A DNA stretch of 64,000 nt from Candidatus Magasanikiibacteriota bacterium (GCA_041666745.1 JBAYGI010000001.1:155095-219094), one strand, 5' to 3'. Shown: positions 24,996 to 36,072, numbered from the stretch's first letter. Translations and numbers: made by a program. The notes: generated by a model from the letters alone, not told the origin.

Positions 24996-26611
24996 TATGT
25001 TTTGAACAGTTCTTTTATTAATGGATTTTCAAAAGAGTCGGATATTTGTTTTTGTAACCCCTTCCTTCTAATTGACTTATACAATCCTTCTCCACCATGT
25101 TGGCGAAACCACGTTGTATTAAAATCACTTGGTGTATCTTCCTGTTGATTTTTCCATTGATTAAAAATATCGCTTATTATATCAATAGCTTTTTCTATAG
25201 TATATTCTTTGTGTTTTTCTCTATATTCAAAAATATTTTTAATTTCTTCATTTCCGCATTTTTCTATAAATATTTGAGGCGTTGTATTTTCTGTAATCCA
25301 ACTGTAAAGTCCCTTGTAATGATTTTTTATAAGCCATTTCATATTAAAGCGTTTTCCTTTTTTTAGAGGACCATTTTTCCATTCTTCAAATGCTTGGTTT
25401 AATTTTTCGTATGCGGTTTTTTCAGTATAATTTTCATGTTGTTCTTCATATATAAAATCTGTCACAAGGGGGGCGTAGCCACAACCGTTCACATATTTTT
25501 TAATTCCACCGTGTAATCTTATATGTCGGTTGAGTCCGCTGTAACCATTTTTTTTCAACCAAGCTACATTAAAGCCATTTTTGTGTGTCTCTGGATGGTT
25601 TTTCCAATAATGATACGCCAAAATCAAAGTCGCAGTTGCTGTTTCCCAAGTCCAATCTTCAGTATAATCAAAATTGGTTATTAAATCTGTGTTTTGACTT
25701 TCCAAAATAAATTTTTTTATACCATCGTGTTTGTATATCCATTGGTATAGATAACCGTAACCATTTGTTTTCAACCACGTTAAATTAAATTTACCTCTCG
25801 TTTTTTGTGAACCAACTTTCCATTTTTCCATCGCCTCTTTTAATATCTGTAACGCTTGTTCTGGTGTTCTCGGAGTAGTATCAGTAGGGGTAGGTTTGTC
25901 TATCGGTGGTATATCTATAAGATGTGAGTCAGTTAAATATATTTTAATTTTTTCTTTCCATTCTTCCGATGTGCAGTCAAAATTTATTTGGCTAATTTTT
26001 TCTTTTTTCAATTCTTTTAATTGGTCTTTGGTCAATACGGTATAATTTCCCCAATCATCTTTTTCACCCTCGTTCAATTTGTGCACAACAAAAGTCGCAT
26101 TGCCCTCCTCATTGCACACCAACACCATTTTGTGAATATCTTCAACAACAAATGCTTTATAACTCAAACTACGCATCATATCCGGCGTATTCTGACCGTC
26201 ATAAATTTCATATTTTAATCCCATTTCTGACAAAATTTCCATTAAATATTGTGTGCGCGGGATAATTTTTTTTGTTTCTATTCCTTCACCACTACCGGTT
26301 ATTATTTCTCCGCTGTCTGGTGGTAATATAATACTACCAGTTTGATGAACAGATGTGGCTTCAGGTAAATTTATTTTATTAAATTTTTCTAGCTGTTTTT
26401 CCCGTTTTAATTCTTCTACAAATCCTTTTACATCAAATTGTAAAACAGGGGATTGATGTAGTACCTTTTCATATTTTAAAAATTTTTGTGCAATTAATAA
26501 TTCAGCCACGGTTTGTAAAGGCACCCCAGGTTGCATTAGAGCTGTGATTTTTTTTGTCACTTCTCCTGCGATTGCTTCTTGTTCATGTGGATCTAATGTG
26601 TCAAAAGGCAT
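24995..26611 (-). CDS. Hypothetical protein with four C-terminal FNxxWLxxNGYxGLY repeats
   Basis: 538-aa ORF, very AT-rich, repeats visible in the translation. Confidence 0.75.
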   Translation of the reverse strand: MPFDTLDPHEQEAIAGEVTKKITALMQPGVPLQTVAELLIAQKFLKYEKVLHQSPVLQFDVKGFVEELKREKQLEKFNKINLPEATSVHQTGSIILPPDSGEIITGSGEGIETKKIIPRTQYLMEILSEMGLKYEIYDGQNTPDMMRSLSYKAFVVEDIHKMVLVCNEEGNATFVVHKLNEGEKDDWGNYTVLTKDQLKELKKEKISQINFDCTSEEWKEKIKIYLTDSHLIDIPPIDKPTPTDTTPRTPEQALQILKEAMEKWKVGSQKTRGKFNLTWLKTNGYGYLYQWIYKHDGIKKFILESQNTDLITNFDYTEDWTWETATATLILAYHYWKNHPETHKNGFNVAWLKKNGYSGLNRHIRLHGGIKKYVNGCGYAPLVTDFIYEEQHENYTEKTAYEKLNQAFEEWKNGPLKKGKRFNMKWLIKNHYKGLYSWITENTTPQIFIEKCGNEEIKNIFEYREKHKEYTIEKAIDIISDIFNQWKNQQEDTPSDFNTTWFRQHGGEGLYKSIRRKGLQKQISDSFENPLIKELFKT

Positions 26612-26615
26612 ATGA

Positions 26616-29153
26616 TTATTTTTTAAATAATTTTAATACCCCAACTGTCGCAATCATCGCGCCAAGTGGCAAGCCGATTAACAATAATAATTCATTGGAA
26701 TTGAGTGCGTGTAAGTGGAAAATATTTCTCAATGCCGGAAGATAAATAATTAAACCCAACACAATCAAAGTTGCGATAGAAATGATAAACAACAAACCAT
26801 TACTTTTTATTTGTTGCCATTCGCGCGTCATTAAAATCAAAAAAGTTTGTGAAACAACCAATGATGCGAAAGCCATCGTGCGACCTAATTCCAATTGGTC
26901 GTGAAGTACGGCGTAGAAATAATATAAACCAAATGAAACTGCGAGGATAATCAAGCCTTGAAAAATAATTTTGTAAATCAATTTCAAATTTACGAGCGGT
27001 TCGTTGGTTGGTCGCGGTGGTTCAATCATCAAATTGTGTCTAGCTTTTTCACGTTCAAAACCAAGCACGGCCGAAGGATCGCAAATCATTTCCAAAAATA
27101 TAATGTGAATAGGCAAAAATATGAGTGGTCGGCCAAACAACAATGGCAAAACCGCCAAACCGACAATCGGCAAGTGAAAAGAAAATAAAAATACAAATGA
27201 CTGGCGCAGATTATCATAGATACGACGGCCTTCTTTGATCGCCTTTACGATAGTGGAAAAATTATCATCCATCAAAACAATTCCAGCGGCCGCGCGCGCT
27301 ACCTCTGTTCCTTTTAATCCCATGGCAATACCGATGTTTGCTTTTTTAAGTGCTGGCGCGTCGTTCACTCCGTCGCCGGTCATCGCCACCACCTCACCCA
27401 TTTCTTGTAAAGCGGAAACGATATCAAATTTTTGTTCCGGTTTGACACGAGTAAAAATGTCGTGGCGTTTTACAATGGCTTTGAGTGCATCTTTGGAAAT
27501 TCCTTCCAAATCCGTTCCAACAATTATTTCTTCATTATGTTTTAAACCAATATGTTCTGCAATGTTATGGGCGGTGAGTTTGTTGTCGCCGGTGATCATG
27601 ATTACGCGGATGCCGGCTTTTTGACAGGTGTCTATGGCTTCTTTTACTCCTTCGCGTGCCGGATCGCTCATGCCAAGTATGCCCGCAAATTGTAAATTTT
27701 CGACTAATATTTTTTCTCCTACCGCACACGATCTTTGGGCGACCGCAATCACCCGATATCCTAATCCGGCCATTTCTTCATAGGCTTTTGTAGCGCTTTT
27801 TTTTTCTTTTTCAGATAATTTGCTGTGTTTAATAATAAATTCCGGAGCGCCCGCGCTATATTGTGCACAAATTCCATTTTGGTTTTTCCAAAGGTGATGT
27901 ACCATTTTATTTTTGCTTTCAAATGGTAAATCTTCAATTAAAGTGTGTTCGCGATAAAATTGTTGGACATCAATACCAAGTGTAGAAGCAAATTTTTGTA
28001 CTTCAACTTCCATTGGATCAATGGCCACTTGTTCCAAAGACAAAAGTGCTATTTTAATTAATTCAGTAAAATCTGTTTTGTATTTTTTTAAGTCTTTGAG
28101 TGTGTGGACATGATCGTCATGATAAATTTGTTCCAACGCCATTTTTCCTTCGGTGAGCGTACCGGTTTTGTCTGTGCAAATAATCGTCGCTGAGCCCAGT
28201 GTTTCTACCATGGCCATTTCACGCGTGAGTGCGTTTTGTTTGGTCATGCGCCAAACACCCATAATTAAAAATACTGAAAAAACAATTGGAAATTCCTCTG
28301 GTATTAAAGACATCGCCATAGTCAATCCGCCCAAAACACCTTCTGCCCAACCATATTTTAAAGATAACAAAATGCCGATTAAAAAAGCCACTGCCACTGC
28401 CACGATAGCAATAGTGCGTACCAAAGAATGAATTTTTTTCTGCAACGGAGTGCTGATTTTTTCAATTTTTTCTAACAAATTTCCAAGCTGTCCGTATGAA
28501 GTATTTCCTCCAGTAGCCGTAACAACAAACGAACCTTCACCTTGTACCACCATCGTACCTTGGAATAATTTATTTTCATCCACTATATTATTGTCATTCC
28601 CGCGAAGGCGGGAATCTAAATAATCCACAGCACTTTTTTGCGCGGCAATAGATTCACCGGTCAACATCGCTTCGTCCACCAACAACCCAAAAGAAATAGA
28701 CAAAACACCGTCAGCCGGAACTTTGTCGCCGGCGGTGATGTAAATTAAATCTCCAGGCACAATAAATTTTGTCTCCATTTTTTTTACTTCACCATCGCGA
28801 TAAACTTGGCACGATTCTACCATCATTTTGTCCAACGCCTTTATCGCTTCGTCGGTGCGTTGTTGTTGAATAAATTCCAAACCAACTACTGGAATAATAG
28901 AACCCAAAAGAATTATTGCTTCAACTTTATCTCCAATAAAAAAATAAATAGCCGCAGAAGCGAGCAAAAGCAAAATCATCGGCTCGGAAGCGATTTCCCA
29001 AGCGCGTTTGAGCCAAGTAACGCGTTTACCAACGGGGCGGATATTTAATCCGTATTTTTGTTGGGCTTCTTGGGCTTGCACGGAAGTAAGGCCGGTATAT
29101 GTTTTATAGTTCGAAATTGATAATAGCGAAAATACAGCGTTTGGTTGAGGCAT
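26616..29153 (-). CDS. P-type cation-transporting ATPase (P2-type)
   Basis: TGES; IPEEFP; DKTGTLT; MTGDGVNDAPAL. Confidence 0.95.
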   Translation of the reverse strand: MPQPNAVFSLLSISNYKTYTGLTSVQAQEAQQKYGLNIRPVGKRVTWLKRAWEIASEPMILLLLASAAIYFFIGDKVEAIILLGSIIPVVGLEFIQQQRTDEAIKALDKMMVESCQVYRDGEVKKMETKFIVPGDLIYITAGDKVPADGVLSISFGLLVDEAMLTGESIAAQKSAVDYLDSRLRGNDNNIVDENKLFQGTMVVQGEGSFVVTATGGNTSYGQLGNLLEKIEKISTPLQKKIHSLVRTIAIVAVAVAFLIGILLSLKYGWAEGVLGGLTMAMSLIPEEFPIVFSVFLIMGVWRMTKQNALTREMAMVETLGSATIICTDKTGTLTEGKMALEQIYHDDHVHTLKDLKKYKTDFTELIKIALLSLEQVAIDPMEVEVQKFASTLGIDVQQFYREHTLIEDLPFESKNKMVHHLWKNQNGICAQYSAGAPEFIIKHSKLSEKEKKSATKAYEEMAGLGYRVIAVAQRSCAVGEKILVENLQFAGILGMSDPAREGVKEAIDTCQKAGIRVIMITGDNKLTAHNIAEHIGLKHNEEIIVGTDLEGISKDALKAIVKRHDIFTRVKPEQKFDIVSALQEMGEVVAMTGDGVNDAPALKKANIGIAMGLKGTEVARAAAGIVLMDDNFSTIVKAIKEGRRIYDNLRQSFVFLFSFHLPIVGLAVLPLLFGRPLIFLPIHIIFLEMICDPSAVLGFEREKARHNLMIEPPRPTNEPLVNLKLIYKIIFQGLIILAVSFGLYYFYAVLHDQLELGRTMAFASLVVSQTFLILMTREWQQIKSNGLLFIISIATLIVLGLIIYLPALRNIFHLHALNSNELLLLIGLPLGAMIATVGVLKLFKK
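28592..28617 (+). repeat. REP palindrome inserted in frame in the ATPase actuator domain
   Basis: tgtcattcccgcgaaggcgggaatct; encodes LDSRLRGND. Confidence 0.85.
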
Positions 29154-29264
29154 AATTTTGGTTAATTTATGTCTTTTATTTTAGCAAAAAAATTAACAAT
29201 TGACAACCCGCCATTGTTTTGTTAGTGTGATTTTTGTAAGCGCATGTGCGCTTCAGAGAGATCA

Positions 29265-29525
29265 ATGGTTACTCAATCCTTCAAAGAGAGAGTTGCTGCC
29301 AGGTCTGTTGTTACCGGGTTGGTGATGGTGGCCATGGCTCTGACATGCGAGGCGTCGAGTTATTTACTCAACGGAACTATACCTGAACACCCCATTTTGC
29401 AGGGGGTGATCACGGTCGTCGTCGTTTTCGTTGTCACTTTCGCATTCAAGGTGCGGCGTCTCTACAGAGAGGATGCGGAAATGTATTTCACCTTACATGG
29501 TGAACACCCGCCCATTCGTCTCTGA
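29265..29525 (+). CDS. GC-enriched small two-TM protein
   Basis: ATG at 29265; two hydrophobic segments; TTGACA at 29200; structured 3' trailer. Confidence 0.6.
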   Translation: MVTQSFKERVAARSVVTGLVMVAMALTCEASSYLLNGTIPEHPILQGVITVVVVFVVTFAFKVRRLYREDAEMYFTLHGEHPPIRL

Positions 29526-29661
29526 GTCGGTGAGCTTCACTTTATACCCCGTCTTCCAATCTATGGCGGGGAAGAGCTGTTTCCTCAATCGCTCCACCGA
29601 AAGGTGTTGGTCAGTTCTTTATTGCTCCGGTTTAAGAGTTTTTGGACTCCCGGAGTAGAAT

Positions 29662-29727
29662 AGAAAAATCACCTGTGATCACTTAAGTCCAAAATTATTT
29701 TTGGTTTTAAGTGGCAGGTGATTTTTT
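29662..29727. terminator. Long bidirectional terminator hairpin
   Basis: aaaaatcacctg...caggtgattttt with inner cacttaa/ttaagtg stem. Confidence 0.7.
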
Positions 29728-29735
29728 GTTTGTTT

Positions 29736-31136
29736 TTACTCAAAACACTTCATCTCCAACTCTTTAATTTTATCATCCACCTCGGCCAAAGCGATTGGCA
29801 GTGTTTCACCGGATTTTTCTATCAGCTCAAGAATTGTTTTCACCACATGTTTCATCCCAGGGATAATATGTTTTTCTCTGTCTTCGGCATAAGAAAAACG
29901 AATATGTCCAATGCCACCGATACCAAAATCACGGCCGGCCAAAGTAGCGATACCGCGTTCAAACAGCAACCATTTGTTTAGATCTTTGTCGTTTTGAATA
30001 TTCAAATCTTCTTTTACATATTTTAATTGCAATATTTTTTCAAAATTCGGGAAAAGATAAAAAGCGCCTTCGGCTACATTGGTTATTACATACGGAGCCA
30101 GCAAACGAAAACATCCTTCTACAAATTTTCCTTTTTTCTCATATTCAACAAAATCTTTTTCAATAATCGGTTGCACTTTGTCGCCGATATAGGGATATTT
30201 GAATCCATCCAATTCCATGTCACCAAAAATAGTGCCGGCTACAATCTGATTAAAGCGGGGGACACAGGTGTATTTGTTTATCGCCAGTTTGCCAAAAATT
30301 TCGATCACCCAAATTGGCGCTATGATGAATCCTAGACGCCAGCCAGTCATGGCAAAATTTTTGGAAAAACCATTTAGATTGATGGTGTAGTCCAACATCC
30401 CCGGAATAGATAAGAAACTGAAATGTTTTTTTCCGCCAAAAACTATTTGATCATAAATATCATCAAACAAAACCATGAATTTATATTTCTTCACCAACTC
30501 GGCGATTTTTTCTAATTTTTCTTTTGGCAACAACATGCCAGTTGGATTCTGTGGCGTGTTGATAATTAATAATTTTACATTTTGGTTTTCCGCCAATATT
30601 TTTTCCAAATCTTCAACAAAAAAATCGAAACCGCCGGTGGAATCTTTGCGTACCACCCAAGGTATATAGTTGTCTTGGCTGTAAAATCTGCCCAAAGATT
30701 CATATATCGGATATCCCGGGCTTTGGCCGATTACTTTGTCGCCCGGTTTTACCAATGTCTGAAGAGCCATTTCAATTACCGGTTTACCACCCGGTTGGAG
30801 CATTACATTTTCTTTGGTGATATTTATTCCGCGGATTTTTGACCAATGTTTGGCAATATTTTCTCTCACTTGTGGATAACCCAAGAAATTCCCATATTTG
30901 GTTTGTTTGTCTCTGAGTGCTTGAATTGCCACCTCAATAATCGGTTCAGGGGTTTTGGGACCGGTGTCGCCAACATGAAATTTGTAAACAGCCGGAAATT
31001 TTCCGGATTGCTCCACTTCCATCACTTTGATTCCAAAGTCAAAAGCACTTTCGGTACCGAGCAAACACAAGTCTGGATTAATTTCCACATTGGGAATTAA
31101 ATTTTTTTCCTCCAAAAATTTCGGTAGTTGTTGCAT
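29736..31136 (-). CDS. Class I/II PLP-dependent aminotransferase
   Basis: INTPQNPTG; DDIY; NGFSKNFAMTGWRLG. Confidence 0.9.
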   Translation of the reverse strand: MQQLPKFLEEKNLIPNVEINPDLCLLGTESAFDFGIKVMEVEQSGKFPAVYKFHVGDTGPKTPEPIIEVAIQALRDKQTKYGNFLGYPQVRENIAKHWSKIRGINITKENVMLQPGGKPVIEMALQTLVKPGDKVIGQSPGYPIYESLGRFYSQDNYIPWVVRKDSTGGFDFFVEDLEKILAENQNVKLLIINTPQNPTGMLLPKEKLEKIAELVKKYKFMVLFDDIYDQIVFGGKKHFSFLSIPGMLDYTINLNGFSKNFAMTGWRLGFIIAPIWVIEIFGKLAINKYTCVPRFNQIVAGTIFGDMELDGFKYPYIGDKVQPIIEKDFVEYEKKGKFVEGCFRLLAPYVITNVAEGAFYLFPNFEKILQLKYVKEDLNIQNDKDLNKWLLFERGIATLAGRDFGIGGIGHIRFSYAEDREKHIIPGMKHVVKTILELIEKSGETLPIALAEVDDKIKELEMKCFE

Positions 31137-31139
31137 ATT

Positions 31140-33392
31140 TTATTTTTTTATCTGAATTACAGAATTTAAAATTTTCTCTTTGATATCCTGTGGAGCCAAG
31201 CCAGCCAATTCGTAAACCTCCTGCACATTGCCAGATTTCAGGTAGGTGTCTATTCCGATAGAGCGTTTTTCATAGTCGGTAGGTAATAGGAATGAGTTTA
31301 AAAATCCAGTCCAGCCATTGTGGATAGTGGTCACGAGTGATCGTTCGCTATCCGCCAAAACTTCCTGCGCTTTTTGCGGATTATTTTTTCTGTATTCTTC
31401 AAATAATTGTGGGGAAGTGACAGCGATAATTTTTACATCATATTGTTGTTCCAGTTCCGGCAAAATTTCCAAAGTGTTCACCAATACTTGTACACCGGAA
31501 ATTGCTAATACAGTTTTTGGTTTACCATTGTCTACGAATTTTTTATAAACATACGCGCCATTAATAGCTTCGCGCGCCGGTGGCACACCATTTCCTCTTT
31601 TTAATACCAAAGTATCTGGACGCATTACCGACAGTGCGATTGGATCGCCTTTTTCCAAAGCATAAAACAACATCTCCACTGTTTCATTGGCATCAAAAGG
31701 TTTGTACACTTTTATCCCCGGTAAAGCGGAATACAAACTCATCCAATACAATCCTTGATGGGTTGGGCCGTCTTCGCCTGTTTCCGGACCATCGTGAGCG
31801 GCCAACATAATAAAAAATCCTTTGGAGTCGGGTTTGAGATGGTTGCCGATTAGCGCTAGGCGGATACAGTTGCCGATCATAGTGGTAAACACCGCGTAAG
31901 TGCCAAACACAGTCGCCGGTTGAAATCCCCCTGGTAAAACATCTTGACTCATCGCGGAGTACATCATCGCCATATTTTGTTCGGCAATTCCAAAACGGAT
32001 GCCACGGCCATAAGGATTTTTGGCAGTAATTAATCCATAAAGATTTTCCGCGCCGTTGGTCAAAATTGATCCGCTCAAATCACCGGTGCCGGAATAAAAG
32101 AAAGCGCTGTTTTGGGTCATCCATTTGAACCATGCGCCACTGCCTTTTCTGGTGGCCACTTTTGTTCCTTCTTCAAAAATTAATTCCGGTGGTAAAGTTT
32201 TCGGACGACGGAGTGAAACAGGATTGATTAGTGGGCGATCGGGTAGGGCAGTGGACATTTTTTTTATCAACACCGATTCGGGTTGGATTTTTTCGGTTGC
32301 TTTTTCCAATTGATCAATGAGAAAATTTTCATCATCCTTGGTGATGCTTTTCAAAATTACGTCAATATCTTTGAGGGTATTTTTTTCTTCACCCGGAATA
32401 GCAAAACCGAGTTTTTTTATTATTTCTACATATTCTTCGTGCTTGGCCGGTGAGCCGTGTGAAGTGTTTGAATTTTCTTTGGTGCCGTATAATTTGCCTT
32501 TGAGAGTGTGAGATATTACTACGGTAGGTAGATTGTTTTCAAAACCTTTGGTGGCTAGGCGGTAAGCATAAATCAATTCCAAAACATCATGACCATTCAC
32601 TTCAATAACATTCCAATTCAAACCCAGCCAGTGGTTGATGTATGGTGAATTCACCGCTTCTTCAATCGGGCCATCTATTCCAAAATGATTGTAATCCAAA
32701 CTGACAATAATATTATCTGTGCCGGTTGCCGAAATAACATTGCGCGCTTCGTAACTCATCCCTTCTTCGCTCTCGGCGTCGCCCATCAAAACAAAAACTT
32801 TGGTGTCCAGTCCGCAAGATTTGTGAGCGATAGCTATACCACCGGCTACAGATAGTCCGTGTCCGGAAGCGCCAGTGCAAGCGTCGGCTAGCGGATAATG
32901 ACTTTCCACATGTCCTTGTGGTCCATCGGCATGTCTAAAACGAATTAAATCTTCCGGCAAAACTGCGTGAATATCTGCCGGTGAAAATTTCTTTCCACTG
33001 CGACGTAGGCATTCATAAATCAACGCATTGGTGGCATGCAATAGAGGTGTACAATGTCCGGCACCCCAAACCAAGCGATCACGCCCCGTATTTTTTGGGT
33101 TGATTGGATCATAAGCCAAATTTTCACCCAGTATCAAAGCCAACATTTGTTCTACTTTGGAACTACTGCCACCTGGATGACCAGATTGTCCGGCTTCAAC
33201 TGCTGAAAAAATAAGCGCGCGCATTAATCGGGATAATTTTTCAAAACGTTCCGCGTCAAACCACGTCGGTTTGGTCAATTCCAAATTTTGTAAATTTAAA
33301 TATTGAGATCCGGATTTGCAAAAATCAAATCTTTCCGGTTGCTCTTTTTTTAGTTTTTCCAAATCTTTTTTTTCTAACAGGTTGAATGTCAT
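31140..33392 (-). CDS. tkt: Transketolase
   Basis: SGHPGGS; GDAESEEG TPP motif; GIAEQ; GEDGPTHQ. Confidence 0.9.
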   Translation of the reverse strand: MTFNLLEKKDLEKLKKEQPERFDFCKSGSQYLNLQNLELTKPTWFDAERFEKLSRLMRALIFSAVEAGQSGHPGGSSSKVEQMLALILGENLAYDPINPKNTGRDRLVWGAGHCTPLLHATNALIYECLRRSGKKFSPADIHAVLPEDLIRFRHADGPQGHVESHYPLADACTGASGHGLSVAGGIAIAHKSCGLDTKVFVLMGDAESEEGMSYEARNVISATGTDNIIVSLDYNHFGIDGPIEEAVNSPYINHWLGLNWNVIEVNGHDVLELIYAYRLATKGFENNLPTVVISHTLKGKLYGTKENSNTSHGSPAKHEEYVEIIKKLGFAIPGEEKNTLKDIDVILKSITKDDENFLIDQLEKATEKIQPESVLIKKMSTALPDRPLINPVSLRRPKTLPPELIFEEGTKVATRKGSGAWFKWMTQNSAFFYSGTGDLSGSILTNGAENLYGLITAKNPYGRGIRFGIAEQNMAMMYSAMSQDVLPGGFQPATVFGTYAVFTTMIGNCIRLALIGNHLKPDSKGFFIMLAAHDGPETGEDGPTHQGLYWMSLYSALPGIKVYKPFDANETVEMLFYALEKGDPIALSVMRPDTLVLKRGNGVPPAREAINGAYVYKKFVDNGKPKTVLAISGVQVLVNTLEILPELEQQYDVKIIAVTSPQLFEEYRKNNPQKAQEVLADSERSLVTTIHNGWTGFLNSFLLPTDYEKRSIGIDTYLKSGNVQEVYELAGLAPQDIKEKILNSVIQIKK

Positions 33393-33414
33393 ATTATAAA
33401 AAATTATTTTTTAT

Positions 33415-35676
33415 TTAATTTTCCCAAAAACGACCATTATCGAATATGTTTTTTTTCCATTGATAATAGTTTAAAAATTCACACAAAGTAAGCGGTTTGG
33501 CCGGATCAGTATCGTATTTGTATTGTGAACAGTTCAGTTTGCTCGGTATATTATAATCTACCATCCTTTTGCCTGTTTGATCAAGCTGGTTTAGATACAA
33601 TCCAAATTCGTGCATACCCAAAATATTTGGGAAATTTTGGCGGTCATTAAAAATCGAATGACCCTCAAAGGCGTTGGGGGAATTAATGTTGAGTAAATTT
33701 AAAACAGTCGGTGTAAAATCTATACCGGAAGAATGAGTGTCGATTGTTTTTGGAAGAATACTTTTTGGAACATAAATCATAAATAAGTTTTCATCATAAA
33801 AACTTAATTTACCAACGACGTCCGCGAAATAATCTTTGGTGTAAGCTGTTGGGAATATCGCATGATCAGCGACAGTAATCACAATAGTATTTTGATACAA
33901 CGGGCTATTGGTAAATTCATCCCAAAATTTGGAAAAGGCATCATCGGTAGTATGGACTGAATTTAGTAAGTTATTTTTTCCATCACCATATTTCACCATA
34001 TCTTTGGCGAGGGTAAATGGTGGGTGAGTATCGACAGTAGAGAGCATCATCAAAAATGGTTGTTTGGTTTGTTCATTCATCATTTTCCAAGTAGCCGGAA
34101 AAAGTTGATGGTCGGACCAGCCCCAAGACAGCGGTTCACCAGTAATGTATTTTTTTAATTCTTCGGTGCCAAAAAATTTCTGCGTTCCCATATCGGTGAT
34201 AATAGTACCCTTGTTGGCAAAATCTCGATCTACCGCCGTGATATAGGCGGAGTATTGGTAGCCATTATTTTGTAAAATTTTTGGTAAACAGAGGAGGTGA
34301 TGGTGACGCACTCCGCCGTCAGTAATTTCTTCATGTCCGGTTGGTGGTAAAAAAGAACAAAGCTGAGAAAGTAATCCGGTAACAGTAGGGGTGGAGGAAT
34401 TGTAATATTTTTTAAAAATGGTCGTGTTTTTATCCTTGGACATTTTGTCGAGTCCCGGAGTTACGGCGGTCAAGTTGGGATTATAAATTTCACTTAGGCG
34501 ACTGGAATATGATTCCAAAAATACAATCAAGATGTTTGGTTGTTGTTTTTGTAAAGCTGGAGGTAATAATACAGTAGATGTAGTTGGAAAAATATTGTCA
34601 TGGTGGTTCACACTAAATTCGTCGAGATTGTATTTTATCCCGAATCGTTCCAGTTTTTTTTGCACGATTGGGTTTAGTTCAACTGGAAGATTACTGTTGG
34701 TAAAATAATCGTAGAAATTTTTAAATATGTTATATTCGGGCGTAGTTTTAAAAGATGAAAAAGCGATTAACGAAAAAATGGCCAAAATTAAAATAGCCAA
34801 ATCGTAATACCCCCAATATTTTTTTTGAATTTGTTGGTGAGCCAACAGTATTTTTCTTTTAATAAAGGCGAAAATGGTTAAAAGCAACAATAGTACTACC
34901 AACAAGATCGCGCTCAAACTATTGATGACTACTCCAGTCGATCCCTTGGTGTGTTCCAAAATTATCGGGCTTAAATTTAAACCGGAAAAAAATAATATAC
35001 CGGCATTAACCGACCACAAAATGAGAAAAAGCGCAAAAGCGAGGATCCAGATTGTTTTGATCAGTATCGAGGGGATTTTTTTGAATTGCCAATAGGCGAG
35101 GTCGGTGATGGAATACAAAAGTAGCCAAAACATAGTAATCGACCAAGCGCGAAATACAATGACGTTATAAAATTTCACACCGGTATCCACCACCGCAAAA
35201 TGATATGTCCAGTATTGAAACCCGAGGTTGATAAAGAAAATAAACAGAAAAAAATAAAAATACAGAGTGTTGATTTTTTTCCAAACCGCTGAGTTGGGGT
35301 GGATGGACAAAGTTTTTTGGGTGTACCAGAAAATTATTGCTAAAATAAAAACAGCATAAACCATGCTGACTATCTCTTGACGTATAAAATAGATTAAGAA
35401 GATAAGGGAAAAAAACAAAAACAGTCTATCCAGTTGGTGATAAAATTCATTTTCCCAATAAGGGTGTCGTTTGGTTTTGTTTACCAGATATTTGAAACAT
35501 TTTTTGAAGGTCTGGTATCCGACAAAAACCGTCAACATTACCACTAGAGCTTTGCCGACAAACTGTCCATGGTTGTGTTTGGAAAAATGATACCAACTCC
35601 AACCGGAGGCAATAATAAAAGCGCCAATTAAAGAATTGGACGCTAGTATTAGTTTTTTGAACCAATTGTTTGTCAT
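33415..35676 (-). CDS. LTA synthase/sulfatase-family membrane protein
   Basis: N-terminal TM helices; PNILIVFLES; TVDTHPPF; ADH; likely start at ATG 35676. Confidence 0.8.
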   Translation of the reverse strand: MTNNWFKKLILASNSLIGAFIIASGWSWYHFSKHNHGQFVGKALVVMLTVFVGYQTFKKCFKYLVNKTKRHPYWENEFYHQLDRLFLFFSLIFLIYFIRQEIVSMVYAVFILAIIFWYTQKTLSIHPNSAVWKKINTLYFYFFLFIFFINLGFQYWTYHFAVVDTGVKFYNVIVFRAWSITMFWLLLYSITDLAYWQFKKIPSILIKTIWILAFALFLILWSVNAGILFFSGLNLSPIILEHTKGSTGVVINSLSAILLVVLLLLLTIFAFIKRKILLAHQQIQKKYWGYYDLAILILAIFSLIAFSSFKTTPEYNIFKNFYDYFTNSNLPVELNPIVQKKLERFGIKYNLDEFSVNHHDNIFPTTSTVLLPPALQKQQPNILIVFLESYSSRLSEIYNPNLTAVTPGLDKMSKDKNTTIFKKYYNSSTPTVTGLLSQLCSFLPPTGHEEITDGGVRHHHLLCLPKILQNNGYQYSAYITAVDRDFANKGTIITDMGTQKFFGTEELKKYITGEPLSWGWSDHQLFPATWKMMNEQTKQPFLMMLSTVDTHPPFTLAKDMVKYGDGKNNLLNSVHTTDDAFSKFWDEFTNSPLYQNTIVITVADHAIFPTAYTKDYFADVVGKLSFYDENLFMIYVPKSILPKTIDTHSSGIDFTPTVLNLLNINSPNAFEGHSIFNDRQNFPNILGMHEFGLYLNQLDQTGKRMVDYNIPSKLNCSQYKYDTDPAKPLTLCEFLNYYQWKKNIFDNGRFWEN

Positions 35677-35683
35677 GGGGGGG

Positions 35684-36043
35684 CTAGTCTTCGATTTTGT
35701 ATTCTTTTTGAGCGCGCACTTCACGTTTATCTTTTTTATCTTTTTCTCTTTGAGTGCTTTTGTGTTTTTTTAATTCTTCTTCCAAATGGTCACGAACTTT
35801 GTCGATAGCCTTGTAGAGATCCGGTTCGTTTTTGGAAATAAATAAATCAGTGCCGGCTAAATTGAGTTTGCATTCGCATACAAAAATATCGCCTTTGAGG
35901 TGGTGTTGGTTTTCTTTACCGATAATTATGTGAGCGCGTAATATTTGATCGTAAAATTTTTCTAAGCTAGTGATTTTTTTCTCAACATAGTCTTTGATTG
36001 CTTCGGTCAGGTCGATGTTTTTGCCGGTGATATTGACTTGCAT
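35684..36043 (-). CDS. hpf: Ribosome hibernation factor HPF/RaiA
   Basis: ITGKNIDLTEAIKDYVEKK; DLYKAID. Confidence 0.9.
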   Translation of the reverse strand: MQVNITGKNIDLTEAIKDYVEKKITSLEKFYDQILRAHIIIGKENQHHLKGDIFVCECKLNLAGTDLFISKNEPDLYKAIDKVRDHLEEELKKHKSTQREKDKKDKREVRAQKEYKIED

Positions 36044-36072
36044 AGATGTTAACAATTAATGAATTAGTAAAT

